The notes beneath the pieces are model-generated. The model was not told the DNA's origin and ran no database searches. It was given only the letters and a program-made list of their open reading frames with translations. Below are positions 11,301-23,300 of a stretch of 64,000 bases of DNA, piece after piece. Both the position numbers and the translations under genes were made by a program. Origin of the DNA: an uncultured Planctomycetota bacterium (GTDB lineage: Bacteria > Planctomycetota > Planctomycetia > Isosphaerales > Isosphaeraceae); NCBI GenBank assembly GCA_963823665.1, contig CAWGMQ010000011.1, positions 1,088,001 through 1,152,000 on the forward strand. The letters are read 5' to 3'. The stretch's first letter is position 1, and every line of letters begins with the position of its first letter.

Positions 11301-14300
11301 GGAGATCGTGACGGCACCGCTGGCGATATACAGACCGCCGCCGTAAGCCGAACCGCCGATACCGCCAGTACCCCCGGCGCCTGGGGCTCCGCCTGCGGTG
11401 ATGGAGCCGCTTGCCCCCTGTTCGCCAACGCCGCCCACGGCTTTGTTGGAGTTGATCGAGACGTTGGAGAGCGTCAAGTTGCCGCCCGAGTCAAAAACTC
11501 CGCCGCCCATGGCGTTGGCGCCAACGGTTCCGATGGCGGAGTTGCCCGCGATCGTGCCCTCGGAGACGGTGACGAGACCACCGGCGAGATAGATGCCTCC
11601 GCCGCTCTCCGCCGCGTTGGACTGGATCGTGGCGCCGGTGGCATGCACCGTGCCCCCGGCTTCGTAGACGCCGCCGCCGCTTGCGCCGGCGACGTTGTTC
11701 GAGAGCGTGCCGCCGTGGATCGTGACGACGCCGTGCGAGTTGTCAATGCCGCCACCATCGTGACTGGCAGAGTTGTCCGCGAGGTTTCCGCCCGTGATGG
11801 TCAAGCTACCGCCGGCGTGGTAGAGGCCACCGCCGCTGGCCGCCGAGTTGGACCGGATGGTGCTGCCGGTCACGTGTACCGTGCCCGCGGCCTCGTACAT
11901 GCCACCGCCGTTCGTGGCGGCGTGGTTGTTCGAGAGCGTGCCGCCGGCGATCGTGACCTTGCCATCCGCGTAGATGCCGCCACCGTTGCCCGCGCTGTTC
12001 TGCGCGAGGGCGCTATCCGCGATGATCAAGGTGCCGTAAGACTGATAGATCCCGCCGCCGCTCGCCGCCGAGTTGAGCTGGATGGCACCGCCGGTCACGT
12101 GCACGGTACCCGCGCTATCGTAGAGGCCGCCGCCGTCGATGGCGGCGGTGTTGCTCGACAGGGTGCTGTCCGCGACGATCAAGCTCCCGCCCGCCTGATA
12201 AATCCCGCCGCCGTTCGCCGCCGAGTTGGACTGGATGGCGCCGCCGGTCACGTGCAGAGCGCCAACGGATTCGTAGATGCCGCCTCCGTCGGCACCCGCG
12301 ACGTTGTTCGAGATCGCGCCGCCGGAGATCGTGACCGCGCCGCCCGCTTCATCGATGCCGCCGCCGTCGAGCACGGCCGTGTTGTTCGAGATTGTGCTGA
12401 GAGTGACGGTCAGCGTGCCGCCGCCGACAAAAACTCCGCCACCGCCCTGGCCGGCTCCCGCGGTGTTCTGCTCGATGGTGCCCGCGAAGACCGAGACGGC
12501 ACCACCGGAATCAAAGATGCCGCCGCCGGCGAGCGCGGCGGCGTTACCGGCAACCTCGCCGCCGGTAATCGTCAGCTTGCCGCTACCGCCGACGTAGAGA
12601 CCGCCGCCAAAGGGCGCCGAGTTGTCCCGGATGGAGCCCCCGGTCACATGCACCGTGCCCGCAGTGTCGTAGAGGCCGCCGCCCGAGTTGCCGGCCATGT
12701 TGTTCGAGATCGTGCTGTCGGTGACGTTCAGCATTCCGCCGCCAAGATAAAGACCCCCGCCGTACGCAAGGCCGCCGCCTTCGCCCACGGCCTTGTTCGA
12801 GTTGACGGAGACATCGATCAGCTTCAGGACGCCGCTCGACTCAAAGATTCCGCCTCCCAGCGCGTTACCGCCGGATTGGCCGATCGTTCCCTCGGCTCCG
12901 TTTGCGGAGTTGCCGGTGATGGCACCGCCCGAGACCGTGACGACACCACGGGTGACGTAGATGCCGCCGCCGCTCGCTGCCGAGTTGTCCACGATGGTGG
13001 CGCCGGTCCCATTCAGCGTGCCGCCGACCTCGTAGATGCCGCCGCCGTCGCGCCCGGCGAAGTTCTGCGAGAGCGCGCCGCCGCCAAGAGTCACACGGCC
13101 GCCCGCGTCGTCAATCCCGCCGCCGTCTGAGCTGGCGTTGTTCTCTCTCAGGGTGCTGTCCGCGATGGACAAAGTGCCGTTCTCAAGATAGATACCGCCG
13201 CCGTTCGCCGCCGAGTTGAGTAGGATGGTGCAGCCAAGGGCCACTTGCACCCTGCCCGTGGCATCAACGATGCCGCCGCCGTCGATGCTGGCGATGTTTT
13301 GCGAGAGGGTGCTGCCCGCGACCGTCAAGGCGCCGTTCTGAAGATAGATTCCGCCGCCGTTCGTCGCTGTGTTGCCCGTTATGGCGGCGCCCGAGACTTG
13401 TGCCTCGCCCGCGCTATCGTAGAGGCCGCCGCCGTCGGTGCCGGCGGCGTTGTTCGAGATCGTGCCGCCGGCGATCGTGATTGCGCCGTCACCGTCAAAG
13501 ATGCCGCCGCCGTTGAACGTGGCGGTGTTTTGCGAGAGGACATTGTCCGTGATGATCAAGCTTCCGCCCGCCTGATAGATGCCGCCGCCGGAGGCTGCCG
13601 AGTTGAGCTGGATAGCACCACCGGTCACGTGCACGGTGCCCGCGCTATCGTCGAGTCCGCCGCCGTCGATCGAGGCGGTGTTGTTCGACAGAGTGCTGTC
13701 CGTGACGATCAAGCTCCCGCCCGAGAGATAGATGCCGCCACCGTTTATCGCCGAGTTGAGCTCGATGGCGCAGCCGCCTTTCACCTGCGCTGTCGCCGAG
13801 TGATCAAAGATGCCGCCGCCGCGTGAGCCCGCGGCGTTGTCCGAGAGCGCGCCGCCGGAGATCTTGACGTCGCCGCCTGAGTCGTCGATGCCGCCGCCGT
13901 CGACGGTGGCCGTGTTGTGCCAGAGCGTGCTGTCCGTGATGATCAAGCTCCCGCCCGCCTGATAGATTCCGCCGCCGCTCGCTGCCGCGTTGCTCTGGAT
14001 GATGGCTCCGGCCACATGCACCGCGCCCGAGTGGCCAAAGATGCCGCCGCCGCTTGCGCCGGCGACGTTGCTCGAGATCGCGCCGCCGGAGATCGTGACG
14101 TCGCCACCCTCGTTGTCGATGCCGCCGCCGCCCGAGCCGGCCGTGTTGTTCGAGATCGTCACGCCGGTCACGGTCAGTGTGCCGCCCGCTACATAAATCG
14201 CGCCTCCGCCTGAGGCTGCCGTGTTGCCCTCGATGCTGCCGCCGGAGACCGAGACGGTACCACCCGGATTCGAGACGGTACCACCCGAGTTATAAATGCC

Positions 14301-17300
14301 GCCCCCGGCGCCCGTGGCGTCGTTCCTGGAAATCTCGCAGTCGATCAAGGTCAGCTTGCCGGCGCTGTCGATCCCGCCGCCGAAAGCCGCCGAATTGTCC
14401 GCGATGACGTCGTCGTCGAGCTTGAGCGAGGCACCCCGCTGGACAACGATGGCGGAATAACCCGAGAAGCCTTCGATCGTCAGGCCCGAAATGGTCACGT
14501 CGGCCTCGGTGATAACGAAGCCGGGAGCCGACTGACCGGTGCCGACGAGGACCGGGGCCGCACCCTGCGACAGGTCGGCCTCAATGGTCAGATCGGGCAG
14601 GGAAACGACGTCGGATTCGCTGTAGCCGTTGCCGGTCTCGACCAGGATCGTGTCGCCGGCGACGGCGATATTGATGGCCGCCTGGATCGTCGTATAGCCG
14701 GTCGCCGGCGATAACCCGTTGTCAGTCCCGGAGGTATTGGCCGAGTTGACGTAGAGCGTGGTGTTGATGGTCGCGACCTGATGTTCGTAGGCCCCGATGT
14801 CGACAACTCCGGTCGCGTACTCCGGCCGGGGCAAGCCTCGCCCGTCGATCGTTGGTACATCGACATCCTGTATGGTGCTGCTTCCCGCGCCCAAGGCGGG
14901 GCTGCCGGTCAGGAGGGCGATGGTCTCGGTCGGTCCGCCGTTGCCCCCCAGTCCTGTCGCGAGCCCCGGGTTGCCGGCCCCGAACAGAATTGGATTGACC
15001 GAGCCGATCACCGTGCCGGTCTCGTCAACGCCGACCAGGTTGTTCGCGCTGTTCGAGGTGATCCCCGTGCCCGCGATATCGTCGGCGCCGGAAGCATCGG
15101 CATTGAGGGCGACGATGGTGTTATAAAGATCCGCCGTGCCGCTCATCACATCGAGCCCGCCGCCGGAGCCCGTCACGGTGTTGTAGGCGATGGTGTCATT
15201 GGTCGCCGTGAGCGTTGCGGAGCCGTAGGGCCCGCTCTGGACACAGATGGCACCGCCTGAGCTGGCTGAGTTGTCCGCGAGGGTGCTGTTGGTGATCGTC
15301 AAGCCGCCGCCGGCAAGTGAGATGCCGCCGCCATAGCCCAAGCCGGATGCGCCGGGGCTACCCGCGCTCGCCGTTGTGCCGCTGGCTCCAGCAGCACCCT
15401 GGCCACCCTGCCCGCCGACGCCTCCGACTGCGGCGTCGTCAGCGAACGTGCCTCCGGAGATCGCGACGATGCCAGCGGCGATAAACAGCCCGCCGCCAAA
15501 TCCCGCACCACCGGAACCTCCCGCGGCCCCGGCTGCGCCCGGGATGGAGCCGCTGCCGCCCTGTCCGCCCTGTCCGCCCACGGCCCTGTTGGAGTTGATC
15601 GAGACATTGTTCAGCGTCAACTTGACGCCCGAGTCAAAGATTCCGCCTCCCATGCCACTGCCGCCGGCGCCACCGGTTTGACCCGCGGCGCCGGTCATCC
15701 CCACGGAACCGATGGCGGAGTTATCCGCAATCGTGCCGCCGGAGATCGTGACGACACCACCGGCGCTATAGATGCCGCCGCCATTGGCCGCCGAGTTGTC
15801 CCGGATGGTGTCGCCGGTCATATTCAGCATGCCGGAATTGTGGATGCCGCCGCCATTGCCGCCGGTGTTCTGGTTATTCTCGATGATGTCGGTCGCGAGC
15901 GTGAGCGACGCACCGCTCTCGACATCGATGGCGGCCGAACCCGAGAAGTTCTCGATCGTCAGGCCCGAGATGGTCACGCCGGCCGCGGTGACATCGAAGC
16001 CCGGAGCCGACTGACCGATGCCGTCCAGGACCGGCGCCGCATTCTGCGATAAATCGGCCTCGATCGTCAGGTTGGCCACGGAAACCACGTCGGATTCGTT
16101 GTAGCCGTTGCCGGTCTCCACCAGAATCGTGCTGCCGGTACCGGCGGCATTGATCGCGGCCTGGATTGTCGTATAGCCGGTCGCCGGCGTTGAACCGTTG
16201 TCTGTCCCCGAGGTATTGGCCGAGTTGACGTAGATCGTGGTGGGAGGCCTGGTGGCCGCGGGCTGCTGTTCGAAAGCCCCGACGTCGACAACGCCGGTCG
16301 CGTACTCTGGCCGGGTGAACCCGCGCCCGTCGATTGTTGGTACGTCGACACCCGGTATGGTGCTGCTTCCCGCGCCCAGGGCGAGGCTGCCGCTCAGGAG
16401 GGCGATGGTCTCGGTGGGGCCGCCGTTACTGGCCAGTCCCGCGGCCAGGCCCGGGTTGGCGGCACCGACCAGAATCGGATTGATCGAGCTGCTCACCGTG
16501 CCGGTCTCGTCGACACCGACCAGGTTGTTCGAGCTGCTCGAAGTGATCCCGGTGCCCGCGATATCGCCTTCGCCGGAGGCATCGGTGTTCTGAGCGACGA
16601 TGGTGTTATAAAGATTGGCCGTGGCGTCTGTCAGATCGAGCCCGCCGCCGGAGCTGGTTGCGGTGTTGTAGGCGATGGTGTCGTTCACCGCTGTCAGCGT
16701 TGCGGCGCCGTAGTACCAGCTCGGGACGGCGATGCCACCTCCTGAGCCGGCTGAGTTGTCCGCGACGGTGCTGTTGGTGATCGTCAAGCCGCCGCCTGGA
16801 AAATCGATGCCGCCTCCGTACCCAAGGCCGGCGCTTCCCGATGCGCCATTGGTCCCGGCCGCACCAAGGACACCATTGCCACCCTGCCCACCGGCGCCTC
16901 CGGCGGCGGAATTGGCGGCGAACGTGCCGCCCGAGACGGTCACCGTGCCACCGGTGATATAGAGCCCGCCGCCAAATCCCGCGCCACCGCGGCCCCCCGC
17001 AGCCCCGGCTCCGGTTGCGGCTGCGCCTGATGGGGTGGTTCCGCTGCTCCCATGTCCGCCCTGACCGCCCTGACCGCCCACCGCTCTGTTGGAATTGATG
17101 GAGACGTTATTCAATGTCAGGTTGGCGCTCGATTCAAAGATTCCGCCTCCCGTGGCCGTGGCGCCCTGGCCACCGGTTTGACGCGTGCCGCCCGTCCACC
17201 CCGCCGCACCGACGGCGGAGTTGCCCGCAATCTTGCCGCCGGAGACCGTGACGACACCACCGGCGATATAGATGCCGCCGCCCTTGGCCGCCGTGTTGTC

Positions 17301-20300
17301 TAGGATGGTGCTGCCGGTCAAATTCAGCGTGCCTGAATCAAAGATGCCGCCGCCGTTGCCGTTCGCGTTCTGGTTCTTCTCGATGATGTCGTCGACGAGC
17401 GAGAGTGAGTCACCGCGCTGGACAAGAATGGCGGACGAACCGGAGAAGTTCTGGATCGTCAGGCCCGAAATGGTCACGCCCAGAGCGGTGACGTCGAAGG
17501 CGGGAGCTGACTGACCGGTGCCGTCCAGGATCGGGGTTTGCCCTGCCGCGGCCTCGATGGTCAGATCGGGTATGGAAACGGAATCGGATTCGTTGTAGCC
17601 GTCGCCGGTCTCCACCAGAATCGTGTCGCCGGCAACGGCGGCATCGATGGCGCTCTGGATTGTCGTATAGCCGGTCGCCGGTGTTGACCCGTCGGCCGTC
17701 CCGGTGTTGGCCGAGTTCACGTAGATCGGGACGATTTCCGTCAGCGAATTCTGGCCCGAGGTGAAGTCACCGTCAGCGATAAAGAACGCGATGATCACGT
17801 TATTCCCGTCCACCAAGCTTGTCGAAGGCAAAGTGGCCGTGGCCGTGCCCGATGCGAGCATGACGCCGCCGGGCGTGAGATCGGTACCGGTCGTTGAGTC
17901 GTAGAAGTCGACCGATCCGCTCGGTGCAACGAGGCTGGGAACGCTCGCCTGGACCGCTGCCGTCAGGGTGACGTCCTGGCCCGGGAGCGGGAAAATCGCC
18001 GAGCTGGACAAGGTGATCGAGGTCGGGATGGATTCCGCGACGCCGTTCACTTCAAATGTGTCGCCAAACTCGGGCACGCTGTTGCCCGTGGTATTCCGGA
18101 CGAAGTCGCCGCCACCGTTTACGTCGAGCGTGTTGCCGCCGAGATCGTCGGGAGTACCGAGGTCGAGTTTGCCGCTGCCGGTGATGCTGATGGCCGGTTC
18201 CGAGAAGCCGGTCGATGACTCGATGACATCGTTCCGCAGGATCAGGTTGCCGCCGGTGACCAGGATGGTCGGGGAGTCCGAGTCGGTGGTGAAGGTCGCG
18301 CCGGAGACGATCACCGTTCCTTGTGTGACCACGAGCGCCGGTGAGTGGCCGGCGAACGTCGTTGTGGTGCCGTTGCCGGTCACGACCACCGTCACTCCGG
18401 CCGGAGGATTGAACGACGAGTCGTTGAAGGAGCCGCTGCCGAGGTTGACGGTGATCGTGACCGGGGTTGTCTGCGCCGTGAGAGCGTTCACGGCCGAGCT
18501 AACGGCCTGCAAAATGGTGTTCGTCGACGCCACCAGGGTGGGCGAGGACGTTGCGGTGATTGCCGCGGCGAGATTTGCGGCCGTCACGGGGCTGACCACC
18601 TGGCCGCCCGAAAGGGTGCCGGAGCTCGAGCCGAAGTTGCCGGTGGCGCTCGAGTAGACCGCCGTGACGGCGTGAGGGCCGGCAGCCAGAAGAATATCGG
18701 AGCTGGCAGCAGTGCCGACGATCACCGGCGCCGGCGCGCCAGCTTGGTCCCGTCCACGCTGAACTGCACACTGCCGTCAGTGGCTGGACTCGTGGAGCCC
18801 GTGATGTAAACCGTGGCCGTGAAGACGACGGGCTGTGTGGGGCCCGCCGGGTTCAACGAGGTGACCACCGTCGTGGTGGTTGCCGCGGCCGCGACGTTCA
18901 ATCTCTCGTCCACGGGAACCGCTTGGAAATACGTGGCATTCCCTGGCTGCGAGGCCTCGATCACCACCGTGCCCGCTCCGGTGATCGTGAGGACGTCGCC
19001 CGCAACGGTTGCCGGTCCCGACTTGACGGCGAAAATGGTCCCCAGGCCCGACGAGGCGGTCGCAGTGAGCGTGATGGGAGCGGCACCGAAGGTCTCGCCG
19101 GCGGGCGCAGCGAAGCTCACCGTCTGGCTCTTCGTGCCGTTCGGCGTCTCATAGGCGCCGATATCCACCGTACCGTTCAAGATGCGCGGGAAGCCCGTGC
19201 CCCGCTGATCGGTGGTGATGCCTGAGGGGATCAACCCGTTATTGCCGTCGTTAATGGCCGGGCTGCCGAGAAACAAGGGCATCGTCTCGGTCGGGCCGCC
19301 GTAATATCCGAGCAGACCGAGATTGGCGGCGAGCGGCGAGGCGACGGTGCCCGTCAAGTCTTTATCGGCGCCGGAGGCGAGCCAGCCGGTGCTGCCATCC
19401 GTCTTGCCGATCAAGTTGGTCCCCTGGGAGTTAACAAATCCAGAGACATCGGGCGCGCCGTTGGTGGCCATGTTCCCCGCCACGATCGTGTTGCCGATGT
19501 GCATATGAAACCCATGGTAGTAACTTCCCCGGGTTTGAATGCCGCCGCCGTAGCGGGCGGAGTTGTCGCTTACTGTGCAGTCGATGAGGGTCGCCTGTCC
19601 AAAGGCCCACAGGCCTCCGGCGTTTGCCGAGGCGGTGTTGCCGCTGACGGTGCAGTTGGTCAGTGTGGCTACGCCTTCGAGCACGAAGACGCCCCCGCCG
19701 TCCCCAAAGGCGCCGGTGGCTTGGTTGACGCTGACAGTGCAGTCGAGGAGCGTGGTCGGGCCGGCGCCGGCGGCGAAAATGCCGCCCCCGCTTTGTGCCG
19801 TGTTGCCGCTGACGGCGCTGTTGATCAGCGTGGTCTTGGCGCCCGAGGTGTAGCCGGCAGTGCTGTCGGTATCCACGCCGCCGCCTTCGGTTGCCGAATT
19901 GTTGCTGACGGTGCAGTTGGTCAGCGTCACCGTCGTGCTCACGGCCCCGTCGTTTTCAAGGCCGCCGCCAAGGTGGGCGGAGTTGCCGCTGACGGTTGAG
20001 TCATTCAATGTGATCGTGCCGTAGTTGTAGTTCTCGATGCCGCCGCCGCGGCCGAAAGTGCCGGTGGCCATGTTGCCGCTGACCGTGCAGTTGGTCAGCG
20101 TGGCCGTACCTGGTTGGGAAGAGGCAAGGCCGACGTTGTATAGACCGCCGCCGCTGAACGCTTTATTGCCGCTCAGGTTGGAGTCGAAGAGCGTGGTCGT
20201 GCCGAACTCGTTGTTTACGCCGCCGCCGACTCCGGCCATATTGTCGCTCAAGGTGGAGTTGGTCAGCGTGGCCGTACCCTCCTTGTTGTACAGTCCACCG

Positions 20301-23300
20301 CCGCCGTTGCTGGCGGTATTGCCGCTGACGGTGGAGCTGGTCAGCGTGGTTGTACCTCCATCGTTGAACACGCCGCCGCCTGCGCTCTGAGCGGTGTTGT
20401 CGCTGACGATGCAGTCGGTCAGCACGGTCGAGCCATTGTTGTAGGTCATCAGCCCGCCGCCGATGGTGGCGGAGTTGCCGCTGACGGTGCAGTTGGTCAG
20501 GGTCGTCGTGCCGCCGTAGCTGGCCAGACCGCCGCCGTCGATCGCGGTGTTGCCGCGGATGGTGACGCCGCGGAGATAGGTCGTGCCGCCGGCATCAAAC
20601 AGGCCGCCGCCGTCGCCGGCCGTTCCAGAACCGCTCGCATCGCCCCCGGAGACGGTGACATTCTTGAGCGTGAATGTGTCGCCGGCGGGCTCTTTCACGA
20701 AGAAGATACGGAACCCCGACGTGTCCGTGGGCCCGGGACCCGCGATCACGAGGCCCGGAGCCGTGCTGGCATCGATCGTCATCGGGGCCGTGATGGCCAG
20801 CGCCGAGAAACCGTCATCGGTCGCGTCGCCGACCGTCGTCAGGTAGATGGTCTGCCCGGCAAGCGAGGAAGCGAAGGTGATCGTGGGGGCGAATGCGCCG
20901 GCGTCGGCCGCGTCGATTGCGGCGCGGAGCGAGCCGGGCCCCGAGTCGTTGGTGTTCGTCACCAGGTAGGTCTGCGCGATCACGACCTGGCCGCCGGAAA
21001 GGGTGCCGGTGCTGGTGCTGAATTCGCCGGTTGCGCTCGAGAACACCGCCGTGACCGTATATGTGCCGGTGGCCAGGGACGTGCTCGAGATCGTCGCGGT
21101 GCCGGTTGCGCTCAAGGTCACCGGGGCGCCCAGGTTGGTGCCGTTCAATTCAAACTGCACGCTTCCCACGGGGACTGTTCCTGTGCCGCTCGAGTTGCTG
21201 ACCGTGGCCGTGAAGGTCACGGAGTCGTCCTCGCCCGCGGGATTCATCGAGCTGGCCACCGCCGTGGTGGTTGCTGCGGGCGCGACCGTGAGCACGCTTG
21301 ATGATGTGTAAGTGATGTTGTAGTTCGTGAGCCCGGTGCCCGTCGCGGCGCTGGCAACGATGGCGTAGGTGCCCGGCGCGGCCGACGCCGGCGCCCGGCG
21401 CTGGTCACGGTCACGCCGGTAACGCTGTCGCCGGTGCCCGACACCAGGCCGGTTGTCGTGAAGGTCGCAGTGCCGAAGGTCGCCACCGAGCCGTAGATCT
21501 TGCTGGAACCAGGATAGCTGACGTTGATGGTCAGAGGCGCCGGGAGAACCGTTTCACTCAGACTGCCTGAGCTGCCGAAGAAGGTCCCGGTCGGAGTGTA
21601 AACGGCGCTCAACGACTCGACGCCCACGGGCAAAGAGGAGAGGGTGAACGTCGAGGTTGCGCTGTGGCCGCTGCCGCTCAAAGCGGAACCTTGCCCGAGC
21701 TGGGTTTCCCCTTCATAGAAAGTGACGTTACCCGCCGGCACGCCGCCGCCCGAGTCGCTGACCGTGGCCGTGAACGTGACCGAGTGGCCGTAGGTCGCGG
21801 GACTCGTGGACGCCGTCACGGAGGTGTTCGTCACATAGTAACCATTGATGAAAATATCGCCGGCCGGCGCGTACACATTGAGCTGGCCGCCGATCTGCAC
21901 ATTGAGCGGCGCGGCGCTCGACCCGACGGCGGTTTCCGCCGTCAACGTGGTGCTGCCGGTCGTCTTGATTTGAATGCCAGAACCGGTGCCCAGGATGCTT
22001 CCCGGACTGGAGATGTTGACCGCGCCCGAGGCGGTCACCTGGCCCAGGGTCAGGATCCCGGAGGTGTCCTGAACGGTGATCGGCCCTCCGGCGGTCATGT
22101 TCAAGGTTCCGGTCGCCTTGACGAAGAGCTGGTCGTCGGGTGGAAGCACGAAGCCGGTGACCGTGTAGCCGGAGGGCTGCTGGCCCAGCGGCACGGTGAC
22201 GGTTTGGCCTTGGGCGTTCACGGCTTGCTCGTTCACTTCGCCCGGGGCCGATGCAGCCGCGAGTGCCGCGGACTGGGTCGATGTGAGGGTCCCTGCGGCG
22301 GTGAGGGTCGGGGAGCCAGCGGCCATCGCGCCCGCCGAGAGCGTGATCGTGGTCGAGTTGTTGACAGTCTCGATCGTCGTCCCCGGCGTCACGCCGGTGC
22401 CGGTGACGGTCTCGCCGACGAACAGTTGCGCCGTGCTGCTGATCCCAGTGACCTGGGTCGAATTTTTTGTGAGCGTGCCGGTGAAGGTAATATTCTCGAT
22501 GTCCCCCAGCGGGAGGAAGATCGGCGCGTTGGTCTGGCCGATGCTCGCGCTCGAGATCAGTGTCACATTCACTCCGGAAATATTCGGCGTCGAGACCCCG
22601 ACCGGAGTGGCGAGCGGCGGGTTCACCCCCACCTGGGGGAGCGCGTCGCTCAGATCCGAACTGGGCCAGGCCGCGTTGCTCGTGAGGTTCGACACCTGCT
22701 GCTGTGTCGCCACGTAGCTGAACGATGGGTTGAAGGTTGCGAATTCCGGCAATGCCATCCAGTTCGTGCCCAGGTTCTGGATGAAGAAGGCAATAAAGCC
22801 CTGGTACTGCGAGTTGGCGTACGTCTCGATCTGGGCGTTCGTCAACTGGGCCGGTAAATAAGGTTCCGCGGTCAGAGGCCCGGTGCCGCTCTGGGTCGCG
22901 CTCGCGGAAAGCGTGATGGTGCCGGTTGTGGTTGGGGTTGAAGCAATGATACTCGCGATCGTCGTCCCGGTCGGGATGCCGGCGCCGGTGACGGTCTCTC
23001 CGACGAACAGCCCGGCCGTACTGCTCAAGCCCGTGACCTGATTCGTTCCATTCAGTGTGCCGGTAAAGGTCTCGGCCAGGGCCAGGGCTGCCGGTCCGCT
23101 AAAGAGCGACAGGCCGCCCGCGGTCAGGGTGAGAGCACCATTCTGGACGCTGCCGTTTTCGAGCAGTTGCCAGTACCCTGCGTAATTGGCGTCGACCTGG
23201 TTTTCGAAGGCGCTCACGGTCTGATTCTCGTCCGCGAGCGGGTTCGTCAGGTCCAGGAGGAGTTGCTGGCTCGGAACCGCGCCGGCCTGGGCCAGAGGTG

